From a virus, in IMG/VR virus record IMGVR_UViG_3300046492_000199: a DNA stretch of 64,000 bases; one strand, 5' to 3'. Shown here one piece after another: positions 36,310 to 46,497 of the stretch. Position 1 is the first letter of the stretch, and the number at the start of each line of letters is the position of its first letter. Under the pieces are notes generated by a model that was not told where the DNA came from, did no database searches, and was given only the letters and a program-made list of their open reading frames with translations. Both the position numbers and the translations under genes were made by a program.

Positions 36310-37644
36310 ATGTCAATTACCCTAACTGACCACCAAAATGCCGCAGTCAAAAAAGTAGTGGCATGGTTTAAAAAAGCCCAAACTGAAGAAGAGCCAAAGC
36401 CTTGCTATCTAGGCGGTTATGCCGGTTCAGGTAAAACAGCAATTCTCCCTTTTATTGTTGAAGCTTGCGGCCTGACCACGACCGAAGTCTTTGTTGTCAC
36501 CCCTACGGGGAAGGCTGCTCGGGTGGCGGGCAAAAAACTGCGTGACGCTGGTGTAGATATTATCCCTAGCACGATTCATTCCGCGATCTATAGACCCAAA
36601 GCTCTAAAGGCTGAAGTGCTCGAATATAAAATCGCTGATCTTGGTAAAGCACTTAGTTCAGCTGCTGAATTCAGCGCGCCAGATGTTTTCTTTGAAGGCA
36701 AGAAGTACAATCTAAAAGATGCTCAGCGCACCCTCAAACTTTTAAACGAAGATTTGGACAAGGCTTACATTTCGACCGATGGGCCGACTTGGCACCTCAA
36801 TACTGAAGGATCGATTCGCGAAGCTTCACTCATCATTGTGGACGAAGCGTCTATGGTTGGTGAGATGATTCGCGATGATTTAAAATCTTTTGGTATTCCA
36901 ATTCTAGCAATTGGTGATCCGGGACAGCTTCAGCCCGTTAAAGATAATCCCGGATTTTGCATCGGCACTCCTGATGTATTCCTGACTGAGATTCACAGGC
37001 AGGCCAAAGATAATCCGATCATCGCATTAGCCACACATATCAGAGAAGGTGGTGAACTGGAAGTTGGAACGTGGGGCGAGACTGTTGATATTGTTCGTAA
37101 GAGAGATGACGAAGACACACTAGATATGGACAAAGAAGTCCAAGTGCTTTGTGGTACAAATGCCACACGTTGGAAACTTACGAAGAAAATTCGCAAAGCA
37201 GCTGGTTATGATCTCGTTGGTCCAATGGCTGGCGAACCACTCATCGTTCGTAAAAATTCAAGAGTCGCTAAAGAACTTGTCAATGGCATGTTCCTAACAA
37301 ATAATAAAGATTACGAATTGGTTGAGGGCCGTGCCACATTCTATATGAATGCCACGGATGAAGATGGTGTCGTTAGAAACATCACAGTTTGTCAAGCTCT
37401 GTTCGAAGAACATTACGGAAGGCAAGCCGGATATTTCACTGGCGACAAGAAGGAAGTGTTTGAGGCGAAGAAAAAACAGCATCACGTCGATTGGGGCCAT
37501 TGCATCACGACTCATCTAAGTCAGGGATCGCAATGGAGCCATGTCGTGGTGCATGACGAAGGTTATGTTTTCAGGGATGATATTGACAAGTGGCGATATA
37601 CAGCTGTGACAAGAGCCGCAGATAAATTAACAGTGGTAATTTAA
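36310..37644 (+). CDS. Dda/RecD-like SF1B helicase
   Basis: GGYAGSGKT, PTGKAA, DEASM, GDPGQLQPV, LTEIHRQ, ITTHLSQGSQW, YTAVTRA. Confidence 0.92.
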   Translation: MSITLTDHQNAAVKKVVAWFKKAQTEEEPKPCYLGGYAGSGKTAILPFIVEACGLTTTEVFVVTPTGKAARVAGKKLRDAGVDIIPSTIHSAIYRPKALKAEVLEYKIADLGKALSSAAEFSAPDVFFEGKKYNLKDAQRTLKLLNEDLDKAYISTDGPTWHLNTEGSIREASLIIVDEASMVGEMIRDDLKSFGIPILAIGDPGQLQPVKDNPGFCIGTPDVFLTEIHRQAKDNPIIALATHIREGGELEVGTWGETVDIVRKRDDEDTLDMDKEVQVLCGTNATRWKLTKKIRKAAGYDLVGPMAGEPLIVRKNSRVAKELVNGMFLTNNKDYELVEGRATFYMNATDEDGVVRNITVCQALFEEHYGRQAGYFTGDKKEVFEAKKKQHHVDWGHCITTHLSQGSQWSHVVVHDEGYVFRDDIDKWRYTAVTRAADKLTVVI

Positions 37645-38234
37645 TGGCAGAGAAGAAATTTAAATTCATTGATAAACGCATCGTTGGTTTTTGCGGTTAT
37701 AAACGCTCAGGAAAAGGGACATGCGCCGAAGCTTTGGCAGACCTAGGTTATGTCGATGTTCCTTTCGCTGGCGGATTGAAGTCAATGCTCACGGCGTGGC
37801 TCGAATATAATGGCGTCGAAAATACTGATCTCTATACCGATGACTGGTACAAGGATCACAGGAGTAGATATTTCAATAATAAAGAATTCCGCTTCGCGAT
37901 GCAAACTCTTGGCACGGAGTGGGGCAGAAATATTATGGGGAAAAACTTCTGGATCAGTGGTTGGGAACGGAAAATGGCTGACCTAGACCTAGTTGCGGTG
38001 AGTGATGTTCGCTTCCCCGATGAAGTAGACGCTGTCAGAGAAAGAGATGGCATTATGATCAGAGTTAGACGCCCGAAATTCTACAACACCGACAACCATG
38101 AATCAGAAAAACTTATGGAATCTTTAAAATGTGATTACGAAGTCGTCAATGTCGAAATTGAAGACACGCAGCAGCAGGTTAGAGAAATTGTAGAGAACCA
38201 TTTTAAAGGTAAAGGAAATTTTATTCGTGACTAA
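37644..38234 (+). CDS. Deoxynucleoside monophosphate kinase
   Basis: GFCGYKRSGKGT, R.AMQTLGTEWGR, VSDVRFPDE, HESE. Confidence 0.92.
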   Translation: MAEKKFKFIDKRIVGFCGYKRSGKGTCAEALADLGYVDVPFAGGLKSMLTAWLEYNGVENTDLYTDDWYKDHRSRYFNNKEFRFAMQTLGTEWGRNIMGKNFWISGWERKMADLDLVAVSDVRFPDEVDAVRERDGIMIRVRRPKFYNTDNHESEKLMESLKCDYEVVNVEIEDTQQQVREIVENHFKGKGNFIRD

Positions 38235-39084
38235 GTTTATTACAGCGCCAACGGTTCACGTCGTGGCTGAAACCAAAATCAATCCCGAAGGGATACGGGC
38301 TTGGGCCGGGGAACACAACCTGACCGAAGTTCTACATGATGGCGGAACTCCGCTCGGCGTGCTGTGGCACGATCTTTACCATGACGAAAACGACGTTTCT
38401 CTTGACGCCCTTCCTGAATTTGCTGGTCGGCATTGTTATCGCTCGTTTTCAAAAGGCAGAGCGAGAGATAAGTATATTGAAAACATTATCGAGATGGAAC
38501 ACGGTTCAGTTCTTGAGCACGCCAACATTTCGTTTGCCATCTCTGGCGTCTCACGTTCCTTGACCCACGAATTGATTCGTCACAGGGCCGGGGCAGCGCC
38601 TAGCCAAGAGAGCCAGCGTTACGTAGATGCTCAAGACGTTAACTTCGTTGTCCCGCCCCTGATCCAGAGCCTAGATAGTCGAGCCGTAAATTCTGTGGGT
38701 AAGATTTTCGCAAACACTTGTCTTGATTCTCTGCAAAGATATAAAGATTTGATTTCCTTTATGGAGTCATTGACTACCTCTGGCGAAGGTTCTGAACTAG
38801 GCGTAAAACTCGCTACGATGCGCAAGAAGCGCATTCTAGAAGCGGCCCGTTCAGTTCTGCCTAATGCGGCTGAGACGCGCCTAACATGGACCATGAACAT
38901 GAGAGCGGCACGTCACGTCTGCGCCCTACGTGGCGGTGAAGGTGCCGATCTGGAAATTCGAGTGTTGGCAGTCGAAATGCTTAAACATCTTCAGGAACGC
39001 GCTCCGATCATTTTCAGCGACTTCGAAATCTATACCGCTGATGACGGGTTTAAAGCAATTAAGTGTGATAAGCCAAAGGTATGA
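38227..39084 (+). CDS. thyX: Flavin-dependent thymidylate synthase
   Basis: HGSVLEH, SRSLTHELIRHR, SQESQRY, RSVLPNA. Confidence 0.95.
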   Translation: MTKFITAPTVHVVAETKINPEGIRAWAGEHNLTEVLHDGGTPLGVLWHDLYHDENDVSLDALPEFAGRHCYRSFSKGRARDKYIENIIEMEHGSVLEHANISFAISGVSRSLTHELIRHRAGAAPSQESQRYVDAQDVNFVVPPLIQSLDSRAVNSVGKIFANTCLDSLQRYKDLISFMESLTTSGEGSELGVKLATMRKKRILEAARSVLPNAAETRLTWTMNMRAARHVCALRGGEGADLEIRVLAVEMLKHLQERAPIIFSDFEIYTADDGFKAIKCDKPKV

Positions 39085-39311
39085 TTGAAGAATTCGATGA
39101 AGACTTTGCAGATGGCCTTTGTTATATCGGCGGGGAAGATTTTGAAGGGTCATATTTGGACTGGCTGCAAAGAAACAGAATCTTTCAACTACAACGACGC
39201 GGTGATGACTTTATTCTTATCGAAGCTTGCGACGATTACTTCGCCGTAGATATTAGCAAAGATCAACTTAAAAATATAATAAAAGAACTACAGGAACTTT
39301 TAGATGCTTAA
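39081..39311 (+). CDS. Hypothetical protein
   Basis: 4-nt overlap with thyX. Confidence 0.55.
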   Translation: MIEEFDEDFADGLCYIGGEDFEGSYLDWLQRNRIFQLQRRGDDFILIEACDDYFAVDISKDQLKNIIKELQELLDA

Positions 39312-39510
39312 TTTAAAAGACATGGTTTCGGATGGCAAGAAAGTCCGATTCAAATACTACAGAGCCGGTAATCTTTGGTACGAAACGGAAAGTGAATTTC
39401 TCTTCCCCGTACCGATTGGCGACACAGGCGATGCCACTTTCCTTGACGAAGATAAAGCTATCCTCTTCATGCGTTATATCAGAAAACAAATCAAACTATT
39501 AGAAAGTTAA
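39304..39510 (+). CDS. Conserved small phage protein
   Basis: FKYYRAGNLWYET...F.FPVP..D.G.ATF...DKAI.FMRYIRK motif widespread in phages. Confidence 0.7.
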   Translation: MLNLKDMVSDGKKVRFKYYRAGNLWYETESEFLFPVPIGDTGDATFLDEDKAILFMRYIRKQIKLLES

Positions 39511-39513
39511 AAC

Positions 39514-39750
39514 ATGTACGGCAATATTAAAGTTACAAACGGTGAAAATGGTACAGTCATTACCGAAACTTCGTTTGAATTCGAGAATGACGAAGAGCGC
39601 GCCGGTCCTGTCAGTAACGCAGGATTTTACACCTATGTCGTGGACTGGCTTTTCAGGACTGGCCACATTCAGGACTACGTTCAAGAGGCTGGCGACGAAC
39701 TGAGGGCGTTTGAGGCTCAAGAAAATGCGGCGCAGGAAGTAGATGAATAA
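39514..39750 (+). CDS. Hypothetical protein
   Basis: Operon tiling. Confidence 0.5.
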   Translation: MYGNIKVTNGENGTVITETSFEFENDEERAGPVSNAGFYTYVVDWLFRTGHIQDYVQEAGDELRAFEAQENAAQEVDE

Positions 39751-39938
39751 TTACGGAACAAAAATGGTTGATGGTGTGGAGGAATTAACCTCCTTCATCA
39801 CCACGACTGACAAAGAAATTATCAGCGTTAACAGTCATGGTACTGGATTTATTATTGTTTTCAAACAAAGCGATCCTGAACTTGAAGACTGGATCAGAAA
39901 CATTCGCGTAGAACCAATTTAATTTTTTAAGGAATCTA

Positions 39939-40457
39939 ATGACTTACGTTGCAATCACTACGGCAGACCTCCTCGTGCTTCAGGACGAGATTTTTGAAAT
40001 TAATAAAGCTAATGGCTTTTGGGATATGGGTGTCGAGAACCGCTCATTTGCTCAGCACATCTCGCTCGTGCATTCCGAAGTTTCCGAAGCGGTCGAGGCG
40101 GATCGTAAAGACCTAGACGATGACAAGCTACCGGAATACAAAGGTGTTCCCGTTGAACTGGCTGATACAGCGATTCGCATCCTAGATTGGACCGGGGCTA
40201 ACAAGCAGGGCTATACCGTTGACACTAAGGGCATTCCTTATGACGGTGAATACAGTGACTTCTCAGAATTCGCGGCTGAGCTTCACCTCCTGATTTCCAG
40301 CTGGTACGTCACAGATAACGCGGCATGGGGCTTCATCGCTCTGGACGAAATCGTTAAGTACGCAAACGATAATCAATTCCCGTTCATGGAAATCGTTCTC
40401 AAGAAACTACAAAAGAATCGCGAACGCGGGTATAAGCATGGCGGAAAGAATTACTAA
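39939..40457 (+). CDS. MazG-like NTP pyrophosphohydrolase
   Basis: LVHSEVSEAVEADRK, VELADTAIRILD, K..KN..R...HG. Confidence 0.85.
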   Translation: MTYVAITTADLLVLQDEIFEINKANGFWDMGVENRSFAQHISLVHSEVSEAVEADRKDLDDDKLPEYKGVPVELADTAIRILDWTGANKQGYTVDTKGIPYDGEYSDFSEFAAELHLLISSWYVTDNAAWGFIALDEIVKYANDNQFPFMEIVLKKLQKNRERGYKHGGKNY

Positions 40458-40478
40458 TTAATTCAATTAGTTATACAG

Positions 40479-40508
40479 AAATTGCCCGCCACGTGGCGGG
40501 TAATTTTT
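40479..40508 (+). terminator. Palindromic hairpin/terminator
   Basis: aaattgcccgcc-acgt-ggcgggtaattttt. Confidence 0.65.
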
Positions 40509-40796
40509 ATGGAGAAAGATATGGCAGAAGAAAAATTTTATATGAAGCCTAAAGACATTGTCGAGCTTTTTAAAAAGTTCGAGATGGAAAAGAAGGACAC
40601 AAAAAATCCTAAGAAGAATAAGCCGACTGGCAGAAAGCGCCCAAAGAATCATGACGGGCTTCCGCTGATGGAACGTTGCCAAGCTATTTTAGGACGCCGT
40701 ATGAAAGAGCGCAAGGGCGTTGGATATATGCTAGATGGTGTACACGTTTCGTGTGAACGACTATTGCGCGAAGCTGGCCTCTTTCTTCTGGACTAA
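40509..40796 (+). CDS. Basic hypothetical protein
   Basis: Start after the hairpin (MEKDM). Confidence 0.5.
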   Translation: MEKDMAEEKFYMKPKDIVELFKKFEMEKKDTKNPKKNKPTGRKRPKNHDGLPLMERCQAILGRRMKERKGVGYMLDGVHVSCERLLREAGLFLLD

Positions 40797-40808
40797 GATA
40801 ATTTTAAC

Positions 40809-40837
40809 TTGACTTTTTAGAAGTTTTGTGTTAAGAT
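40809..40837 (+). promoter_or_regulatory. Sigma70 promoter for the nrd operon
   Basis: TTGACT-17 nt-TAAGAT with extended -10 TG. Confidence 0.7.
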
Positions 40838-40895
40838 TTTAATCTTTCAATAATGAAAAATGGACGTTTTAAGTAGGCCAATAAGGAGGTGGCAG

Positions 40896-41285
40896 GTGTA
40901 TAATATTGTCTTTTATTCCTCCGAAACTGGTAACACTCTTTCATTCATTAAGAAATTAGGTATGGAAGAAAACGCATTCCAGATCAAGACTAGAATGCCA
41001 AATTTAGTAGAAATTTCAAGTCCTTACATTTTATTTATCCCGACCTATGCAGCAAATGACGGACGAGGGGCTATCCCAAAATCAATAGTAAAATTTCTAA
41101 ATAATCAAAATAACAGAACACACCTCAAAGGTATTGTGGCTTCCGGTAATAAAAACTTCGGGAGCAATTTTTGTCTCGCGGGCGATCTGATCTCGAATAA
41201 ATGTGATGTGCCAGTCTTATACAGGTATGAGCTACGCGGCACGCAACACGACGTAACAAATGTAATGGATATTTTCAATGCTTGA
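40896..41285 (+). CDS. nrdI: Class Ib RNR flavodoxin NrdI
   Basis: [33 protein letters not shown]; GTG start after RBS aaggaggt. Confidence 0.93.
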   Translation: MYNIVFYSSETGNTLSFIKKLGMEENAFQIKTRMPNLVEISSPYILFIPTYAANDGRGAIPKSIVKFLNNQNNRTHLKGIVASGNKNFGSNFCLAGDLISNKCDVPVLYRYELRGTQHDVTNVMDIFNA

Positions 41286-43392
41286 TTATCACTCTCTTAA
41301 CGCACTACTGGCAATTCCCACTCATGACGGAAAAGTAAATTTCGACGCAGACAAAGAAGCAGCACGTCAGTATTTTTTGAATCATATAAATCAGAATACC
41401 GTTTTCTTCCACTCTCTGGAAGAGAAGATCGCATACCTCATCGAGAATGAATATTACGAGCAGGACGTTTTTGATCTCTACAAATTTGAAGATATTAAAA
41501 ACCTATTCAAGACTATCTATGACGTAAAGTTTCGCTTCCCCTCATTCATGGGCGCTTTTAAATTTTATACCCAATACGCGATGAAGACGTTCGATGGCGA
41601 GCGTTATATCGAACGCTATGAAGATCGCGTCTGCATGACAGCGCTCTACCTTGGCCGTGGTGATTTAGCTCTGGCCCATGACATAGCTTCCGCCATTGTC
41701 AAGGGCGAGTATCAACCCGCTACGCCAACCTTCCTTAATTCTGGTAAGAAGCAGCGTGGCGAACTTGTTTCGTGTTTCCTTCTCCGTGTCGAAGATAATA
41801 TGGAAAGCATTTCACGCGCCATCAACTCTTCACTTCAGCTTTCTAAGCGTGGCGGTGGTGTTGCCCTCCTCCTCACAAATCTTCGTGAAGCTGGTGCGCC
41901 GATCAAGAAAATTGAGAATCAGTCTTCCGGCGTTGTGCCTGTGATGAAAATTTTAGAAGATTCATTCTCCTACGCAAATCAGCTTGGGGCTCGACAAGGC
42001 GCTGGCGCGGTTTACCTAAACGTTCACCACCCCGACATTTTGGAATTTCTTGACACGAAGCGCGAGAATGCTGATGAGAAGATTCGTATCAAGACACTTT
42101 CCCTCGGGCTAGTCGTACCAGATATTACGTTTGAACTGGCGAAGAAGAATGAAGACATGTTCCTGTTTTCGCCTTATGATGTTGAGCGCGTCTATGGCAA
42201 GCCAATGTCTGAAGTCTCTATCACAGAGAATTATTACGACATGGTAGCGAATACTGAGATTCGTAAGAAGTCAATCTCGGCTCGTGAACTGTTTCAAATC
42301 ATTGCTAAGATTCAGTTTGAATCTGGCTATCCATATCTGATGTTTGAAGATACTGTCAATAAGTTAAATCCGATTGACGGCGTTATCAACATGTCTAATC
42401 TTTGCTCAGAAATCCTACAGGTAAACACTCCTTCTGTTTACGAAGACGATCTCGGATATAAGGTTATTGGTAAAGACATTTCGTGTAACCTTGGCTCGCT
42501 TAACATTTACAACGCGATGAAGTCAGATGATCTTGGTAGGCTCGTTAGAACTTCTATCCTTGCCTTAAACACTGTATCGGAAATGTCATCCCTAGACAGC
42601 GTGCCTTCGATACGCGAAGGGAATGCTAAGAGCCACGCCATCGGCTTGGGGCAAATGAATCTTCATGGCTATCTCGCGAGTGAAAAGATTCATTACGGTT
42701 CAGAAGAATCTGTTGACTTTACGAATATTTACTTTTATACAGTTTTATATCACGCGCTGCGTGCGTCTAATGAACTGGCGAAACTTCGTGGTAAATCATT
42801 CGACGGCTTCGAAAAGAGTGCTTATGCCGATGGTTCATTCTTTGATAAATACATTAATCAAAAATGGGAACCTGCGACAGAACGCGTCAAAGAACTTTTC
42901 GGCGGCAAGTTTATCCCGACACAGGGTGATTGGGTCGATCTGGCTCAAGCCATCCTTATTGATGGATTGTATAATCAAAATCTTCAGGCCGTTCCGCCTA
43001 CAGGCTCGATCTCGTACATCAATAACGCCACGTCTTCAATTCATCCTATTGTTGAAAAGATCGAAGCTCGTAAGGAAGGTAAAATTGGACGCGTCTACTA
43101 TCCCGCGCCTCATCTCACAAACGACAATGCGGAATATTTTGCAGATGCTTACGAAATCGGTCCAGAAAAGATTATTGATATCTATGCCGCCGCTACTCAG
43201 CATGTGGATCAAGGCTTGTCGCTGACATTGTTCTTCCCTGACACAGCGACGACTAAAGATATCAACAAGGCGCAAATCTATGCGTGGAAGAAAGGTATCA
43301 AGACAATTTATTATATCAGGATTCGCAAAAAGGCTTTAGAAGCAAAAACAATCGAAGTAACTGAAGACTCTTGCGAAAGCTGTGTACTATGA
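41278..43392 (+). CDS. nrdE: Class Ib ribonucleotide reductase alpha subunit
   Basis: QPATPTF, VSCFL, SNLCSEI, CNLGSLN, PPTGSIS, C-terminal CESC. Confidence 0.97.
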   Translation: MLDYHSLNALLAIPTHDGKVNFDADKEAARQYFLNHINQNTVFFHSLEEKIAYLIENEYYEQDVFDLYKFEDIKNLFKTIYDVKFRFPSFMGAFKFYTQYAMKTFDGERYIERYEDRVCMTALYLGRGDLALAHDIASAIVKGEYQPATPTFLNSGKKQRGELVSCFLLRVEDNMESISRAINSSLQLSKRGGGVALLLTNLREAGAPIKKIENQSSGVVPVMKILEDSFSYANQLGARQGAGAVYLNVHHPDILEFLDTKRENADEKIRIKTLSLGLVVPDITFELAKKNEDMFLFSPYDVERVYGKPMSEVSITENYYDMVANTEIRKKSISARELFQIIAKIQFESGYPYLMFEDTVNKLNPIDGVINMSNLCSEILQVNTPSVYEDDLGYKVIGKDISCNLGSLNIYNAMKSDDLGRLVRTSILALNTVSEMSSLDSVPSIREGNAKSHAIGLGQMNLHGYLASEKIHYGSEESVDFTNIYFYTVLYHALRASNELAKLRGKSFDGFEKSAYADGSFFDKYINQKWEPATERVKELFGGKFIPTQGDWVDLAQAILIDGLYNQNLQAVPPTGSISYINNATSSIHPIVEKIEARKEGKIGRVYYPAPHLTNDNAEYFADAYEIGPEKIIDIYAAATQHVDQGLSLTLFFPDTATTKDINKAQIYAWKKGIKTIYYIRIRKKALEAKTIEVTEDSCESCVL

Positions 43393-44336
43393 ATTTCTCT
43401 GGCGCTATTAATTGGAATCAATTAGAAGATAACACGGATTTGGAAGTCTGGAACAGAATGACTTCTAGCTTTTGGCTCCCCGAAAAAATCGCGATATCCA
43501 ATGATATTCCATCGTGGACCACGATGAGTGAAATAGAACAAGAGACAACGGTGAAAGTCTTTACCGGTCTCACCTATCTTGACCACTTACAAAGCTCAGC
43601 CGGTGCGCCTTCTCTCATGGTAGATGCTGTGACGCAGCACGAAGAAGCTAATCTAGCTTTCATTGGTGCGATGGAAGCAATTCATGCCCGATCTTATTCT
43701 TCAGTGTTCGCTACACTGTGTAGCTCCTCTGAAATCGCAAAAACGTTCGAATGGGCGAAGAATAATAAGCACCTTCAACAGAAATTTGAAATAGTAAATA
43801 AGTATTATAGCGGTACTGATCCTCTTATGAAGAAAGCAGCTTCAGTATTTCTAGAAAGTTTTATGTTTTATTCCGGATTCTACTTGCCGCTTAAATTATC
43901 GGCAAGAAAGAAACTCACTAATACTGCTGATATTATTAAATTAATCATTGCAGACGAAGCGGTACATGGATATTACATTGGATATAAATTCCAAGTAGCG
44001 GCGCGTAAACTTTCTCAGGCAGAGCGAGACGAGTTGGAGCAAAAAGTTAAAATCCTACTTAACTCGCTTTACGCGGTAGAAACGGCATATGCTTATGAAA
44101 TTTATAAAGATATAGGCTGGTACGAAGAAGTAATTCCATTCCTAAATTACAACGCAAACAAAGCTCTGATGAATTTGGGCTATGACGAAATGTTTGATTT
44201 CAGTGAGACTCAAGCCGATCCTTCCGTCATTGCTGCACTGACTTCAGACGATAATCACGACTTTTTCTCCGGCGCTGGCTCAAATTACGTCATGGGAAAA
44301 GCAGTAGATACAGACGACTCAGATTGGGATTTTTAA
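43389..44336 (+). CDS. nrdF: Class Ib ribonucleotide reductase beta subunit
   Basis: [38 protein letters not shown]. Confidence 0.96.
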   Translation: MNFSGAINWNQLEDNTDLEVWNRMTSSFWLPEKIAISNDIPSWTTMSEIEQETTVKVFTGLTYLDHLQSSAGAPSLMVDAVTQHEEANLAFIGAMEAIHARSYSSVFATLCSSSEIAKTFEWAKNNKHLQQKFEIVNKYYSGTDPLMKKAASVFLESFMFYSGFYLPLKLSARKKLTNTADIIKLIIADEAVHGYYIGYKFQVAARKLSQAERDELEQKVKILLNSLYAVETAYAYEIYKDIGWYEEVIPFLNYNANKALMNLGYDEMFDFSETQADPSVIAALTSDDNHDFFSGAGSNYVMGKAVDTDDSDWDF

Positions 44337-44339
44337 AAA

Positions 44340-44588
44340 ATGTTCACAGTGTACAGTAAAGATAATTGCGGATTTTGTGTCAAGGCTTATGCCTTGCTGG
44401 ACCTGAAAGGCGCGGCTTACAGGAAAGAAATTCTCGACACGGAAGAAAAATTGCAAGCTTTTAAAGCTCGGGGCTTTAGGCAAGTTCCTCAGATTTACTT
44501 TAATGATGAATTGATTGGCGGCTTCGATAAGCTTGAAGTTTGGTACAAGACGCGAGACGCAACCGAAGATAGTGCTTTTGATGATTAA
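44340..44588 (+). CDS. nrdH: Glutaredoxin/NrdH-like redoxin
   Basis: CGFC, RQVPQI, IGGFD. Confidence 0.9.
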   Translation: MFTVYSKDNCGFCVKAYALLDLKGAAYRKEILDTEEKLQAFKARGFRQVPQIYFNDELIGGFDKLEVWYKTRDATEDSAFDD

Positions 44589-44620
44589 AAAGAAACCCCG
44601 CTGAGAAGCGGGGTTTTTTA
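44588..44620. terminator. Bidirectional intrinsic terminator between the convergent arms
   Basis: aaaagaaaccccgct-gaga-agcggggtttttta. Confidence 0.9.
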
Positions 44621-44872
44621 TTATCGAAATCCGTATGTAGAACTTATTCCGTATCGGCCCTCAATTGCTTTGTTCAAAGCCGTAGCCCCTCTAGCAATAT
44701 CCTTGGCCACTTCGCTTCTCAACGTATCAAGAAGATTTTGGATATCCACGGTCTTGACAGTCTCAAATTTTAAAATACTCAGGACCGTATCTGATCCAAG
44801 TTTCCCAAACTCTTCCGCCGTGATATCTAGTGTGACATGTTCGGACGTGATCAGCATTATTTCTGACCCCAT
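44621..44872 (-). CDS. 83-aa protein homologous to the tape-measure C-terminus
   Basis: VAKDIARGATALNKAIEGRYG vs TMP VAKDISKGGTSLNKAIEGRYG; start overlaps the o-spanin end. Confidence 0.75.
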   Translation of the reverse strand: MGSEIMLITSEHVTLDITAEEFGKLGSDTVLSILKFETVKTVDIQNLLDTLRSEVAKDIARGATALNKAIEGRYGISSTYGFR

Positions 44873-45162
44873 TCTTCTTTGAGCTTCAACGCGTTTTCGT
44901 TCTGCTTATCGATCAGGCCAATAATTTCTTTGAGCTTCAATTTGCAATCAAGGCGAGCCGAATTCAATTTAATAATAAATTCGCCTACTTCACGCTGCGT
45001 GTAAATTCCTGTAGGCCTCTTGGGAAGGCCGGAACAGGTGCGCAACGCGGCAGGAATTTCCACGGTATAAATCAGGGGCTCGTATTTAGTTGTCGCCGCG
45101 CAACCCGCTAATGCTACGCTCCAAGAGAGGAGACACACTCCCATTATCGCTTTCAGGTTCAT
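44857..45162 (-). CDS. o-spanin (Rz1-like lipoprotein)
   Basis: Lipobox LAGC; IP..L..C...P; C-terminal second Cys; overlaps the i-spanin. Confidence 0.8.
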   Translation of the reverse strand: MNLKAIMGVCLLSWSVALAGCAATTKYEPLIYTVEIPAALRTCSGLPKRPTGIYTQREVGEFIIKLNSARLDCKLKLKEIIGLIDKQNENALKLKEEWGQK

Positions 45163-45421
45163 TTCTAAGTTTCTCCAAATCTTCTTCTAATTGTTTATTT
45201 GCTTCGTTCTGCTGTGTCAGTAGATTCTCAAGAGATTGCTGCGCCGCTTTAGAATTATCAACTTCTAATGCTTTGGATTTAAATGCCGCCTTGGCATTAT
45301 CTCTTTCGATACTGACTTGCAGAACTTCATTTTTTAAATGTTGGTTCGTGGCATAGAGCGAACTTAGCGCTCCAAATGCCAAGAGACCAACGATCAGATA
45401 TACACCAATTTGATTGAACAT
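45086..45421 (-). CDS. i-spanin (Rz-like)
   Basis: N-terminal TM followed by coiled coil; follows the endolysin. Confidence 0.8.
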   Translation of the reverse strand: MFNQIGVYLIVGLLAFGALSSLYATNQHLKNEVLQVSIERDNAKAAFKSKALEVDNSKAAQQSLENLLTQQNEANKQLEEDLEKLRNEPESDNGSVSPLLERSISGLRGDN

Positions 45422-46497
45422 TATTTATCCTCAAACGCTTTTTTATAGTTTGTGTAGGCCTTGATGATTTTATCTTGGGCCAGAATGCCTAGGACAGCTA
45501 GAACGATAAGGCTCAAGAAGATGGCAACAAGAATTCGCCAGTCCTGAAACCAAGCGAGTCCGCCAGCGAACGGGATAGATGAGAACCAATAACCGAAGCG
45601 GCTGAAGAAACCGGCTTGAATAGCAGGAGGTTGACCTAAAACGCCACTTGGATCTTGACCTTGATCTTCGACAACTTCAGCCAACTTCTGTTTCGTCAGT
45701 GGGCCAACTTCGCCATCAACGGTTAGGCCGTTAGCTTCTTGGAATTGCATCACGACTTCTTGAGTGTGACCACCAAAATCTCCATCAGAGTCCACATCAT
45801 ATCCAGCGGTTTGTAGCGCGCTCTGCACCGCCTCAACATCAGCGCCCTTCGTGCCAATATCGACAGTTGGATTGCTATACGAAACAGGCGTGAACTTAGA
45901 GCTATTAAGTTTGGCCTGCCACTTGCGATCCGCGTTTAGAAGCTTGACGTGATAGTTGTTAGCTTTATATTGCTTGCCGTTATAACCAGCGGCAAAAACT
46001 TCCCACTTGCCACTTTTCAGAGCTTCGAAGATACCCTTGGCCTGAGCAAATTTAATAATACCCTCAAGCTGATTAGCTTCGCTCTGAGCCATCCACTGAA
46101 CCATGGATAGCGCGGTTGGGAAGCCTAACATGGCATGATTGAAGCCCATGCACTGACCCATGCCAAACGAAGTTGACATAGCTGCGATCTCGTCTCCCGC
46201 GATAGAGGCGCAAAGATCGATCCTGTCATAGGATGTTTTGGGGTAATTGCGTACCCAATCCTTATAAGCAATGCCAGCCTTGACGAGTTTATCCCTTACC
46301 GCGCCCTTGGTGTAGCGGTAGGCGATATGAGGCTCGTACAGCGCGATTAGGCGGTTCTGGCTGTCGTAACCGCTACCGCGTGCTTCTACCTCTGCTACGG
46401 CTCTGAGGCGCGATTCTGCGATGTTGTACTTATTGGCTAGAGCAGTGAAATCCGCAGCGCTAATTTTTCTCCCTGTGCCGTAATAAAATCTTGTCAT
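45421..46497 (-). CDS. Endolysin: DUF3380 N-acetylmuramidase + PG-binding domain + C-terminal TM
   Basis: AVAEVEARG, LYEPH, STSFGMGQCMGFNH, FAAGYNG..Y..N.Y; DGDFG..T...V..FQ...GL.VDG.VGP.T. Confidence 0.9.
   Translation of the reverse strand: MTRFYYGTGRKISAADFTALANKYNIAESRLRAVAEVEARGSGYDSQNRLIALYEPHIAYRYTKGAVRDKLVKAGIAYKDWVRNYPKTSYDRIDLCASIAGDEIAAMSTSFGMGQCMGFNHAMLGFPTALSMVQWMAQSEANQLEGIIKFAQAKGIFEALKSGKWEVFAAGYNGKQYKANNYHVKLLNADRKWQAKLNSSKFTPVSYSNPTVDIGTKGADVEAVQSALQTAGYDVDSDGDFGGHTQEVVMQFQEANGLTVDGEVGPLTKQKLAEVVEDQGQDPSGVLGQPPAIQAGFFSRFGYWFSSIPFAGGLAWFQDWRILVAIFLSLIVLAVLGILAQDKIIKAYTNYKKAFEDK

Noticed and set aside
40482-40508. TTG-start N-terminal extension of ORF 40482
   Set aside because: It overlaps a palindromic terminator hairpin; ATG 40509 is more plausible
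41278-43392. Intein or intron in nrdE, polA, helicases or ligase
   Set aside because: Lengths are normal and motifs contiguous; no splice or homing-endonuclease signatures
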